A DNA stretch of 63,916 nucleotides, the filler included, from Folioceros fuciformis (Eukaryota): NCBI GenBank assembly GCA_049999805.1. It is 15 parts of 15 records of this genome, joined end to end, with 100 filler letters (N's around TTAATTAATTAA, not from the genome) between each part and the next. Parts side by side here need not be neighbours in the genome. Positions count along the whole stretch, not along the records: positions 21,635 to 26,052 come from JBNGIO010003200.1; positions 26,153 to 33,844 come from JBNGIO010003201.1; 13 more parts are not named here. One strand, given 5' to 3'. Each line of letters starts with the position of its first letter. Within the stretch, counting starts at the first letter, position 1. Positions 22,142-33,944 of the stretch are shown one piece after another. The notes under the pieces were generated by a model. That model had not been told where the DNA came from and made no database searches. It saw only the letters and a list, made by a program, of their open reading frames with translations. A program made the translations under genes and the position numbers.

Positions 22142-25100
22142 GCGATTTTCTATGCTACTCCTTCACGAGGTAGCACAATCCATGTGTTCTCTCACTCCCA
22201 AGATCTGAGCGTTGCTATCTGGTGGATTGCTATCAGCACATGAATCTGGTCGAAGCTCGTCTGGAGAATGTTTACAGCACAACACCAAGTTATCAGCTAT
22301 GCCTAGTCTTAGGAAGCTACAACGCCTTGCACGCAAAGCTAGCAGGCAGCAAGAATTGAGAGTGTGGCAGCAAAGAAGGGACGAGGAGTACCTCCAAACA
22401 CTCGCTCCTAATCGCTGGCAACAAGTTTGGAACAAGGTCTGCATAATTCTTGAATTGATGGCAACTAATGTCCTCAATGGATACCCTGCTCTGGATGGCT
22501 ATGATTGGAGCAATATCGATGTTTCTAACCTAGTTTGACAAACATGTTGCTTCCTTCGAGCAACAAGACCTTCTATCTTTGCTTTCCAACTTTAGCATAT
22601 GCTGTGTATGTAAGTTTGCGTAAACACCTAAATGCTCTCTTCTTGGGAGCCCCTGCACATGAACAACCGTGCATTGTGCATCAGTATGCAATGCACATAC
22701 TATACAAGATAGAATATGAGTACAGCGTCCACCACACACACCTGCTGGAGGTTACCTTACAGCGCTGCAGTCACCAGCATTAGCCCTATTCCTACAAAGC
22801 CACATATAAACCTGTTCAACAGTAGAAGGGACAACTATGGCGGGCCAGGTCCCAGCGACTCAGCAGTCACCAATTCTGAACATTGCCAAGGAGGACAAGT
22901 TCGATGGTGAGAACTTCCATGTATGGAAGCTGCGCATGGAGGAAGTTCTGAAGTCGCGCAAACTCTGGGGCCATGTCCAAGGCATAGGCACACCTCCGGT
23001 GTCTATACCTAAACCTCCTCCTGGTTTAGCAACTGAAGACATAGCCAAGTGGGAGGAAGCAAACCAGCAGGCAAAGTCCCTGTTGCACTTTAGCGTCAAG
23101 AGTACGCATATTGGGATTTTCCAGGGTGCTGGAGAAATTGCAGTTGACTGGTGGACGCAGGTTAAGCTGGTTTATGATTCCAAAGATTTGATGCTGCAGA
23201 CTCTAGTCCTCAAGAGATTCTTAGGACTCAAGATGACAGAGACTGACAGTGTTGATAAACACATTCTGGAGTTCCGAAACTGGAGAGGAAAAATGGTTTC
23301 GGCAGGCTTTAACCTGGAGGAAGAACTTTTGGCAGTCATTCTCTTAACCACACTCCCCAAAACCTGGTCAGGGGTTGTACAGGGTCTGCAAGACGTTCAA
23401 ACAATCATAGTTAACCGGGTAATAGCAACCATGCTTACTGAAGAGTCTAGGAGGAAGATGGCAAGTACCTCATTACATCCTTCAAGTGACAAAGCACTAT
23501 ATGCTAACAAACCTTTCAGGGGACACGGACGAGGTCGTCCCTTTACGAGAGGAGTTCGTGGTGGTCGAGGTGGCCGTGGTGGCACCAGGCCCCAACAATT
23601 TGGAGGCAGTTCAAGGCCAAGGCCTCCATGTGGTCATTGCGGAATGGCAAACCATACATGGGAAACCTGCCGTAAAAGGTTAGCTGGAGAAGGTGGTCAG
23701 TCATCAGGCCACCTGGCTGTTACTATGCACAAGTACAGCCGTGCATTTGTCACACATATCAAGAAGGAGCAGCAGGAGGACTCATCTGAGTCATCGACAC
23801 GTACCTTTTGCAACATTGTCACCTGCTTTGCAAATTAGCCATCACACGCTTGGTACATAGACAGTGGGGCCTCACAGCACATGACCCCTCACAAAGCTTA
23901 CTTTATTGCACTGGATGGAAGCACCCCTGCAGAATTTGTGTGCTTAGAAAACAACACGACACATTAGATTATGGGTCAAGGGACCATTCAACTTGACCTG
24001 GAGCCGGATCAACATCTCAAGATCCCCAATGTTCTTTATGTTCCAGGTTTGACCAAAAATCTGGTTTCAGTTCGGAAAATAGATGAGTCTGGCTGCTATG
24101 CATGCTTTGGAGGCGGAAGATGTGTTGTTGAAACAGTTGATGGTACACTCCTTGCAACTAGGCACCTGCAAAGTGATGACCTCTATCACTTAGACATCAA
24201 GAAGGAGCAGGAGCAGGCAAACTCAGCCTCTACGCATGCCCACTATGTAAGGCCTTCACTGACTTACCTGTGGCACCTACGTCTAGGCCACATGAACTTC
24301 CAGAAGTTGGTAAAAATGTACAAGGAGAAGATGGTAGATGGTGTGGTCTTGGATCACTTGGACGACTTTGGAGCATGCGAGGCATGCATTCTTGGGAAGC
24401 ACAAACGTGCTCCATTGACACAGCCACATGAGCCAGTGAAGTGTTAGGACTCGTGCATAGTGACCTCTGTGGCCCATTGCCTAAGCCACTTAGCGGTAGA
24501 GAGTATTTTCTTACCTTCATAGATGACTTCACCAGATTTTGCGTTGTCTATCTCCTGAAGCACAAGTCAGAGACGTTTGGATGCTTTCAGGAATACAGGG
24601 CATGGGCAGAGAGGCAGACTGGCCATGGGCTGAAGAACCTTCGTTCGGACAATGGCGGAGAATATCTATCTGCAGAATTCACAGCTTACTGCACCACACA
24701 TGGCATAGGACGTCAGTTAACAAATGCACGCACCCCCCAACAAAATGGGGTCGCGGAGAATAAGAACCAGGCCTTGGAGACCTCTGGTTCAAGCATGCTA
24801 TAGTATGCTAAGTTGCCCAAATGTTACTGGGCCGAAGCCATCTCCTATGCAGTGTACATTCAGAATCGAATACCGCATCGATCTGTTAGAGGGAAGACCC
24901 CTTACGAGCTGTGGGCTGGGAGGAAGCCTAACCTATCTCACCTTCGAGTGTTTGGCTCCACAGTATATGCCCAAGTTCACAAGGACCTTTGTAGGAAGTT
25001 TGATCCCAAGTCTTCACCACATATCTTCGTTGGATTTATTGAAGGCATTAAGGGATACAAAATTTTGAACAAAAGAACTCTGCAAGTCACTCACTCGCGT

Positions 25101-25570
25101 GACGTCATATTTGTTGAGGGTGTGGAGTCTGCTTAGCAAGTGGGAGCTCCTGTTCCAGACAGCTCCAGCTTGGAGGACAACTTGTCAGAAGATGGGGGCG
25201 ATTTCTTAGTTGGCCAGTTGCCGGTTCCCTTACCTGCAGCACCTGTGGTCCATGCACCGACTATACCTGCAGTAGGACCTGTCCCAACAGCGCACCCACA
25301 GTCTCCAGCTATATTCACACCCTTGCAGACACCTGGCCGGGCTGTGAGCAACAAAGACTTGAATGACACCCCTTCACATCATGTCTCTTTCAACTTGGAC
25401 GAAGATTTACAGGTTGCTACCACTCCTAGTCCTATCCACTCGAGGATGAGAGCCAAGCATGCACACTTAGCTCCATGCCAATCTGGCAGGCATACAAGGC
25501 CACCTGAATACTATGTTTCTGAGGACTATCGGCATCCGAAGTCCCACCTAACATACTGCCTAGCAGCTAC
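22142..25570 (+). mobile_element. Copia element F: leader with extra ORF (about 22299-22783), gag 22837-23838, protease, integrase; cut by an LTR insertion
   Basis: KFDGENFHVWK, CGHCGMANHTWETC, WYIDSGA, VHSDLCGP and LRSDNGGEY, with stops and frameshifts. Confidence 0.92.
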
Positions 25571-26052
25571 TATAGGATTATTAAAGCCCAATGTGCTTAG
25601 ACTAATGTGTTTAGTCTAAGATTAGTGTCTAGTTAAGTATCATTAGTTTAGATTAGCTTAAGCTAATCTGTAGGAAGCTTCTTGTGCAGCTTCTTGTGCG
25701 CTTCTTGTAAAGCTTCCTAGGGAGCTCTTCTAGAGGGTATAAATACCCCCTTGAGCTCCCTTGCATATTGAGACCTTTTGTGACTTCTCTTTCTCCTCTC
25801 CTCCTTGCCTCCTCCTCTCCTCTCTTTCACCATGCTCCTCTAGCGATCCTTTAAGTGGTATCATAGCCAGGTTGCGGAGCAAGATGGTGATGTCCGTGGG
25901 TGATGCGGGTAGACACTCAAGGCTATGAGGTGCGAGGGTCTCCAACCCCACCGTGCAAGCAGTGGCAGTACGGAGCAAGAGTGATCTTGGGCTCTGTGCA
26001 ACGTATGGGGAGCTTCAAGATCGCTAGGAACACCAAGAGCGCCTATGCGTAG
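25571..26052 (+). mobile_element. 5' LTR (25571-25853), PBS (25856-25868) and leader of Copia family X
   Basis: LTR matches 44408-44696 and the reverse complement of 36343-36634. PBS TGGTATCATAGCC. Confidence 0.88.
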
Positions 26053-26152
26053 NNNNNNNNNNNNNNNNNNNNNNNNNNNNNNNNNNNNNNNNNNNNTTAA
26101 TTAATTAANNNNNNNNNNNNNNNNNNNNNNNNNNNNNNNNNNNNNNNNNNNN

Positions 26153-26362
26153 CACAGGAAGCTATGCAAGAAGCTTCCTAAAGATTAGCTTAAGCTAATG
26201 ATACTTAATTAAACACTAATCTTAGACTAATTACATTAGTCTAATTAAACTTATCACACTAATTTAATTAGACTAATCACATTAGTTTAATTAGACTAAT
26301 CACATTAGTTTAATTAGACTAATCACATTAGTCTAAGCACATTGGGCTTTAATAACCCTACA
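26153..26362 (-). mobile_element. Partial family X LTR with an internal 23-bp tandem expansion
   Basis: Ends ...GGGCTTTAATAACCCTACA. TTAATTAGACTAATCACATTAGT is repeated. Confidence 0.8.
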
Positions 26363-26830
26363 GTATATCCATTCGACGTCAAAAGACAGCCCTCCGCCTC
26401 CTCTGGACAGTGGCTGGCATCCCCCGAAGGTCAGATTTACGGTTTGGTGCCTCTTTCAAGCTTGTTTGACTAATGCAAATCGCTACGATGGGTTGTTAGT
26501 AGCAGCGGGGGAGAAAACATGCAAGTTGTGCAACAGTGGGGCGCCTCACAAAAGCCAACAAATGTTCTTCCAATGCAAGTTTGTGCGAGAGGTGGAGGCT
26601 TGGATGCAACGACTCTTTCCTTTGGCAAATCTGGTGCTCACCGAGCAGTATGCCCTCTTCGGTCTAGATAAAACTTTTGGGGGGCCACATCAATTGTGGG
26701 GTCTCGTGTGGAGTTCATGCATCTTATGCCTTTGGTGCAACTGGATATTAGCTGTTTACGGTGGCAGGTCTTCAATGTTTGCCAAGGCAGTATTGTGGCG
26801 CATATAGGAATAAGTGTTACTGGCTACAGG
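26363..26830 (+). mobile_element. L1-like LINE ORF2 3' remnant (zf-RVT-like)
   Basis: CKLC...MFFQC zinc-knuckle spacing followed by LW..W..CILCLW. Confidence 0.5.
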
Positions 26831-27529
26831 AAATCTCCAAGTAACTTCTCCCGGAGGCTTAAACAGAAGGATTGAAAGGGTGCTGGATTTCTGCAATCGG
26901 GGCGTGATGGTAGGTAGGTGGATTCACAAATGATCATGAGGGAGATCGTTAGGGAGTCAACAGGTCCCCTCTCATCTGCCATGAGTTTGAGCAACATAAG
27001 CTTCCAAGGTTTTCCCCTCAAAGTTAGCTCACATTGGTCTGCAGGTGAAGATTTCCAAGTCTAAGGTTTGGTCCTCTTTAGGGGTTTGTCTCCTATCATC
27101 TTTCTTAGTGGTGAAATTGCTTCCTTGTAGGGCCTTTAGGTATTGGAGTCTCAATAGAGCCTCTAACCTTTGTTCAAGGCTTCGTGTTGTTCGTAGCCTT
27201 TGAGAAGGACATGACTCTTGTAGACAAACAACCTTTTAGAGACCCCAAGATAGTTTTACATCCTCTCCTCATGTTTTCCATGTAGGGATACATCTAAATG
27301 AGTACCTCTAAATATAATTATTATGCTAAAGATTGTCAAATAAGGTTAGCATACTTAAAATAGGGAAAATTTTTCACAAGCTCATAAGGTCATGAGTAGG
27401 AATAAAATGTCTTCATTGTTTCTATTATTGAGGATGTTGAAGAATGCTCATGTAAGCAGAACAAGAATTTTTATCTTACCGCTAACGCTCTCAACATTTC
27501 ACCTACAAAATGGTCCTACATCTTAGCTT

Positions 27530-27750
27530 GTACAACACTACCACTTCGACATAAGGTGGTGGTAGGTGACCAGGTGTCTCGGGAGATTGAAGGGAAAGGC
27601 ATTATGAAGGTTCATCTTCCTAGTAACAGGTGTCTCGGGAGATTGAAGGGAAAGGCATTATGAAGGTTCATCTTCCTAGTAATTCTTCCATCACCAACAT
27701 CCAAAATCTGCACTACGTGCCTAAGCTTGCTAGGAATCTTCTTTCCTTGT
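27530..27750 (+). mobile_element. Copia protease remnant with a ~56-bp tandem duplication
   Basis: VVVGDQVSREIEGKGIMKVHLPS...LHYVPKLARNLLS. Confidence 0.6.
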
Positions 27751-28222
27751 AAGAATCTCACGTCTTCACAACGGAATCTTATTCAATTCCAAAGAATGCT
27801 GTATTCAAAAAATATATGTTTTCAAAGAGTTTAATCACTATATAATATATATCAGGGCTGCAATGGGCACACCTTGAATGGCAAATAGCCATGGGAGGTT
27901 TCGTTTTCGACGTCTAATTTCCGTTTCTGACTTACCTACGTACATATTTCCTAATTCTTGATTCGTTCCAATCCAGTTTTGGCTGTGTGTGGGTTCCCAC
28001 TTTCCCCTAGTTTTCAGGCTGACATCGCTCAATTCCCGGCTCCGTTGATACGGCTGCGGGGCTACCGTCTATAATTGCTCATCAACCTGTAACAGCCCTA
28101 GTTCAGAGATTTCGCGAGCATGCTACGACCAATCTGGGACCATGAAGTTGAATAGCTGCCAGCAACCCAGCTCGACATTTTAGTGTAGGAAGAGCAGGGC
28201 AAGGGTTTCAGCTGTGGTTGAA

Positions 28223-30181
28223 ATGACGCCAATCGTCAGGCGGGCTGTGCAGCAGCAAGGAATTCAGACGCAGGTGCTCCATTGGCCCGCAACTGCACGC
28301 ACTAATGCTGTGTCCTCGGATTTGAGCATCGCTGTATGGAGACAGAAACTCCCCGTGGCTGTGTCATCTTTGCCCCATGATTTGCTCTTTCTGCAAGTTC
28401 GCAGACCTTGGTTGGGTGCATCTCTCAGATTACAGCCATCCACGGCTTGGAACTGTGGGTTTGTACGGGGATTCTACATGCGGAACATTTCTCAGCTTGT
28501 GTCGCCGGCCAATGGCAGGAGGGCTTTTCTCGTGGATACTTTAGCACTGGTATACTTGCTTAACCTCGGTGCTGTGCAATTTGGGCGATTTTTACCCGTG
28601 ATATTATTACCTTCACGTTCTATCAGCAGATTGCCATGCTGTCTTATGCTGCATCCTGCCTCTTCACTTGGATGCACCGTCATTGCTTGCGCTTTAATGG
28701 TTGAAAGCGCTGAAGCAAAGATAGGAAATGGTGACCCGGTTCGGGTTCATCGTCCCATTTCCAGCGGGATACTTGTCAGCCGAGTACTTCGGCTTGGCCG
28801 CTTCTCCGACTTTCTGGCTTATCTGATATAGGTCTTCTCCTCTTGTTCAGCGGTGTTTTTGCTACCCCTTCATTGAGCTCCCAGTCAAGAGCGTTCCATG
28901 TCGTTGCCACTGCGTTCAGTTCTTATGCCTGATTAGCTTTCATGTCGTCAGTGAATTTTTCATTGTATCTGTTGACCCTTTCCTCTGCGTTGCTTGGCCT
29001 GTTGTAATAGGGAACCCATAGTACTACTTGTTGCTTGGCAGGTGCGGAGGCTGGAAGCACAAGGTCTGACAGCTAAGCAGGCTGAAGCTATAACGGCAGT
29101 TATAACAGAAGTACTGAATGACAGCTTGGAGAACGTTGCACAGTCGTTCACGTCCAAGTCTGAGATGCAGAGAGTAAGTTCTGTGTAGGAAAGTTCCCAT
29201 CTTGAGGTTTAGTTGGTCCTGACTCGTTGGGAAGTAAATTGTGGCCAGTCTTGCGGATTTTGACCTTCGCAATCATGTATTCTTTTCTTCAGCACAACTA
29301 ATACTCTGCCTTGCTCTGTACAGAGTGAAATGATGCAGGAAGCTGCTCTCTCAAAATATAAGGGAGAAATGCAAAGCTCCCAGGTAGTGTCATGAAGGAA
29401 GTTGCTTTGAGATCTCTGAACGTCACAGCGCATTTCATTGATGATTTCACTGATAGCGTCCCTACAATATGATAGGAGCATCATTTCGCTACTCAACAGA
29501 GGGAAACAGAAAGGCTACGCACAGATATAGACAAAATGCGAAGTGAACTCAGGTCAGCGGGTTGATCAAGTACAGGACAATGTATGTGTATGTTGCCAGT
29601 GGATCAATGATTTGCTGAAACTTCTCCGTGTTGGCAGGTACGAAATAGATAAAGTCACTGCTGGCCAACGCTTGGATCTGAACTTGGAAAGAGGGTAAAT
29701 ACTTTGTTCCTTTTACCAAGTTTCAGTCGGAAGTTGTGTCGAAGCTTGGGTGGCCATGTTTTGAGGTCATTTTGTGGATGTTTGTAGCCGCTTGAGGGAG
29801 GAACTAGCTACTCAAAGTGCTGAAACTTCCAACCTTACGAATAAGCTGGACAGGGTGAGGAATCAGGAGCCTGTCATGTAGTTATTCTCTCGTTCCATCT
29901 GTATGGGAGTTTTTACGTAAAGGTCTCTGTTTCCAGGAGATCCATACGCTCAAAACCCAGCTGGAGGCTGCTAAGTATGACGTAATCAAGTACTGCATAG
30001 GTAGGGAGCCTGGTTGTTGGATTCACGTGTGGTCTTCTGTGTCTTGCCAATGGTGCTCTCTGGCAAGTGAGTTTATCCTTCACTACTGCAACTAACTCAA
30101 TACCACTATTCGTGTCCAAATACAGGGAGTATTGTGTCTGTCACAGCCGTAGGCCTTGGTCTACTGCGTATTATCATGTGA
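28223..30181 (+). CDS. FMP32/CCDC90/MCUR1-like (DUF1640) mitochondrial coiled-coil protein, about 279 aa. Exons 28223-28549, 29042-29173, 29324-29383, 29476-29552, 29638-29694, 29788-29854, 29937-30000, 30126-30181.
   Basis: All introns are GT-AG and phases join to 840 nt. RAFLVDTLALVRRLEAQG..QAEAIT, RYEIDKVTAGQRLDLNLERG, KYDVIKYCIG and a C-terminal TM. An extra in-frame intron in exon 1 (28274-28435) is possible. Confidence 0.92.
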
Positions 30182-30917
30182 GCGCACTGGTCGGGGTTTT
30201 CGCAATGTGCGTACCAACTCCTAGTGGGACGCCGGGCTAGGTGGTTTGTCTACAGGCGATTGGTCTGAACTCGAAGAAACGTCAAACTCTTTGACAAAAC
30301 TGTTCCCCACACTCCTTTTCCTGGGTGTACCTTATTTCAACGGTAATAATCATGGTCATTACTGCCGAGCATTGATGTCTAACCCGACTTCTCTCAGAAT
30401 TCGGAATGCCAGAAACAATTCATTGCGTCCATGTCTCACGACCTTTCCTTTCGGCTTCGTTTTCGTCAGGAGATCTTCGCATGTAGGCTTGGATGTTGCG
30501 CCTGGAAGGTTCTAATTGTGCGAGAAATGATTGCTGCTGTGGACATGTTTATTTGTACAACGATGCCTCTAACATAGTCATGTTTGGTATGCCATAGGAT
30601 GGCCGTCTTCATAGTAAAACGAGTTCCGATTGCTCTGAATATGGATTGCGTCATGCAAGGAAAACGAGGCCGGAAAAGATATTAAAAGACTATAGGCATA
30701 CTGTTTGTACATACATTCGTACGTAGCCCATGTGAGCCTTGTCTGACTACCGACGCTAGAGACCCATCGCGCCTTGAAGCATGCAAGCAAGTGCTTACGC
30801 AGCTGCTCTGAGCGGTGCTCCAGCGAGTATTGCAATACATTTGTCACTCGGACGGATCGTGTGGAACAGGCAGGGAGATGACAAGCTGAGGTTGTAAGAT
30901 TCGCATCAGCGCGTCTG

Positions 30918-32231
30918 ATGGTGGAAGCTGTGGCGCTCTTGTGTAAGCGCACGGGGATGGCTTGGGTCCAGCGCCTGCTTTGGAGCCTGCGGGGTCAGGC
31001 ATGCACAGGTGGGTTGGCAGCAGCCCGACAAGAGCACCTTCTGGGCCTTAGAGTTGTTGCATCTGCCACGGTTCTGGACTGCAGTAGCCAGGGACTGCGG
31101 GGGATCTTGCCAATGGCTGATACCCTTGCCTCTGGATGGAGTGCTTTGGCCGTTGCCAAGTGGAGGATATCAACAGCGGGGAATACTGTTTCGCGACAAA
31201 TGCACAGGGGCTATGCCACCGGTAGGGAAGGCGCCGGGCAGCGGTTGCAGTACGAGTTCCAGGTGCTGCAGCACCAACAGCGACCTGGGTTCAGGATTAG
31301 GACCGTGCCTTACAGCACGGAGTCGTTCCAGCAGGGCTGGGCAGACAAGTGGAAATCCTTCCGGCAGAGTGTCCAGGACGCTGCGCTCTCCAAAGGGGCA
31401 GCATCGGGGACGGGACTTCGCAAGGCGAATGTGGCCACACAGAAGATCTTGAAGGAGACTGCCTTCGTGCCTGGTGCCGCTTTGAGGAGCTCCGTGTCTC
31501 GGTACAGGGAGGCTGCCCAGCTTCAAATAGAGGCGTTTTGGAAAAGGAATTATCTGGTTGTGGTCGGGGTAGCCGCCGTGGTGTTGTGTCTCCTTTTGTG
31601 GAGGATCATGTTTGGGGTCGCCAGCACTTTTGTGGGGCTATCCGAGGGCATGGCCAAGTTTGGATTTCTGGCCCTGGCAGCAGCTTTTGTGGCGTTTTCT
31701 GGTTTGATTGTCCGGGCAAGATATACAATAAATCCAGATGCAGTTTACAGGACAGCCATTCGTAAGCTTAACTCATCTGCTGCGCTGTTGGAAGTCCTTG
31801 GTGCTCCACTCACTGGGACTGACGTGCGAGCTTACGTGATGTCGGGGGGAGGACTAAAGCTGAAGAGTTTCAAACCACGCCTAACAGGGAAACGTTGTTT
31901 CCTGATATTTCCGGTAAAGGGTTCTGAAAGGAGGGGATTGGTTAGTGTGGAGGCTAAGAAGAAGAAAGGTCAGTACGAGTTCAAGCTGCTGGCTGTGGAC
32001 ATTCCAACTGCAGGAGTTGACCAGCGGATTTTCTTAATTGGTGATGAGAGTGAGTATAAAGTCGGCGGTGGACTTATCTCCGAGCTCAGAGAGCCGATAT
32101 TGAAGGCCATGGAGGCACAGAAGGAGTTTGACGATGAAGACGAAAGAGAAGCTGAAGAAGAGGAACGGTTGGAGCTCCTCCAGGCGGAGAAAGATGCAAA
32201 GGAGCAGCTGAAGAAACAGATTGACGCTTGA
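30918..32231 (+). CDS. At2g40800-like mitochondrial inner-membrane protein (Tim21-annotated family), intronless, 437 aa
   Basis: Presequence-like N-terminus, two TM helices, YTINPD.VYR, GAPLTGTDVRAYVMSGGG, KRCFLIFPVKGSERRGLVSVE and an acidic tail. The start codon could be 30957. Confidence 0.88.
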   Translation: MVEAVALLCKRTGMAWVQRLLWSLRGQACTGGLAAARQEHLLGLRVVASATVLDCSSQGLRGILPMADTLASGWSALAVAKWRISTAGNTVSRQMHRGYATGREGAGQRLQYEFQVLQHQQRPGFRIRTVPYSTESFQQGWADKWKSFRQSVQDAALSKGAASGTGLRKANVATQKILKETAFVPGAALRSSVSRYREAAQLQIEAFWKRNYLVVVGVAAVVLCLLLWRIMFGVASTFVGLSEGMAKFGFLALAAAFVAFSGLIVRARYTINPDAVYRTAIRKLNSSAALLEVLGAPLTGTDVRAYVMSGGGLKLKSFKPRLTGKRCFLIFPVKGSERRGLVSVEAKKKKGQYEFKLLAVDIPTAGVDQRIFLIGDESEYKVGGGLISELREPILKAMEAQKEFDDEDEREAEEEERLELLQAEKDAKEQLKKQIDA

Positions 32232-33234
32232 ACGAGAAGGAGACCAGGGGTTTCTAGATTTGTAGTTGCACCTCGTCGGATCACTCCATAAAAGGTTTGT
32301 TGGAAGCAAGGTATACGTTTTCTGTTTGCACCTACCTGCATTTGGCCGGGTCACCTATAAGAGGTTTGGTGCAAGCCAGGGTATTCGTTTCGTAGTTTCA
32401 CTTTTCCTGCATTTGGCAGGTCACTCCCTAAGAGGTTTCGTGCTCAGACATCTGCTACTTACAACTCTTAAGCCGCCAAGCTTTTATCACGCACATACAC
32501 GTGGATATGATGAACGCTGTCGGGGTTTGCTGCATGAGGGTTCGAGAAAATGCTCCCGCTGAATTGTGCCTCCCATCCTGGGGCGGAAGAATTACCTTGC
32601 ATCTTCTTTTAACCACCGTCCTGTAGGCACCGTGGTGTAGAAAAGTGCAGTGAATTCCCTCTGTCGGGTTGACGTGCACGCGAAAATATGGAGCAAATGT
32701 ATGACAGTCGATATCCAGTAAGGGTGGTTCGCGTGCTCACTTTATTTGCCGAAAACCAGGCTCGGTTCACATGCTAACAGTCGAATTTGAATTGACTTTG
32801 AACATTAACATTTTCAATCTGGCGAGTCATTCTTGAATTTTTCTGATATAATGATATATGTATGTTCCGGAAACAAGCTTGTGAAGCGCTACTTACATTG
32901 CGAAAACGAAAACAAGCCTGTGAAGTGCTACTTACATTGCGAAAACGAACCCGTCCATCTTGTGCCAAGTTGCAGGACAATTCTTAAAAAAGAAAAAGTA
33001 CCAATCAGAGAGGTTGTAGAGCAATTCTTGAGAAAGAAAAAGTACTCACCTCCGTGATGAGTAGGAAGGAGCCCACCGTATCACGGACGGATCTCCGTTA
33101 GCTTCTCTTTCTTGTCAGTCCGGGATTTTCGTAATGGGTCCATGTTTTCCATTCCTATGCCCGCCATCTATCTTGAGTTCGTATGATGCGTGGCATTTTT
33201 TTGGTTGGTGTCTTATATGCCAAGTGGGCTTTAT

Positions 33235-33455
33235 ATTTTTATAGATGTGGAGTGATAGTTTTTCGATTCACAATTTTGTAGGCACCACTCTGCGCGTCTC
33301 TCTGTTCACATGCTGCGCCTCCTCATACTTGTTGTGCTTTGTATTTTTTATAGATGTGGAGTGATAGTTTTCCGATTCACAATTTTTGTAGGCATTACTC
33401 TGCGCGTCTCCTTGTTCACAGGCTACGCCTCCTGATACTTGTTGAGCTCTATATA
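33235..33455. repeat. About 110-bp tandem duplication
   Basis: TTTTTATAGATGTGGAGTGATAGTTTT...TGTTCACA occurs twice. Confidence 0.8.
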
Positions 33456-33944
33456 CTTGCTGCTCCATAGCTCTTTGGTGCTACGCCACATGGATCTAAT
33501 TTGCCACAATGGATAGCTTGCACTTGTTTTCAGTGCTATAATGCTTGTGCCTGCCATCCCAAGAGTTCGGAATCAGAAGTGTATTTATTGAACCACGGAG
33601 AGCACATTTGCCTTGATTGCAGCTTATGAGGGCGTCTATGTGAATCACTTGCACAAGGGCAACCTTGGGGGACACCATTGGGAGGCTGTTTGTGACGAGT
33701 TAAAGCCCTTACGGACAAAGTTTATTGTTAGGGTTACTTGCTTACTTGCTGGTTATTTATATTAGGGCTAAATATGTGAAGGGTTGCTTAGTCGAAAAGG
33801 TGCATGGCAACAAACACTTAAAGTGACATTTTGTACCATTGTTTNNNNNNNNNNNNNNNNNNNNNNNNNNNNNNNNNNNNNNNNNNNNTTAATTAATTAA
33901 NNNNNNNNNNNNNNNNNNNNNNNNNNNNNNNNNNNNNNNNNNNN

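Noticed and set aside
28550-28831. C-terminal part of track ORF 28214-28831
   Set aside because: Read-through into intron 1 of the DUF1640 gene. Homology resumes at 29042.
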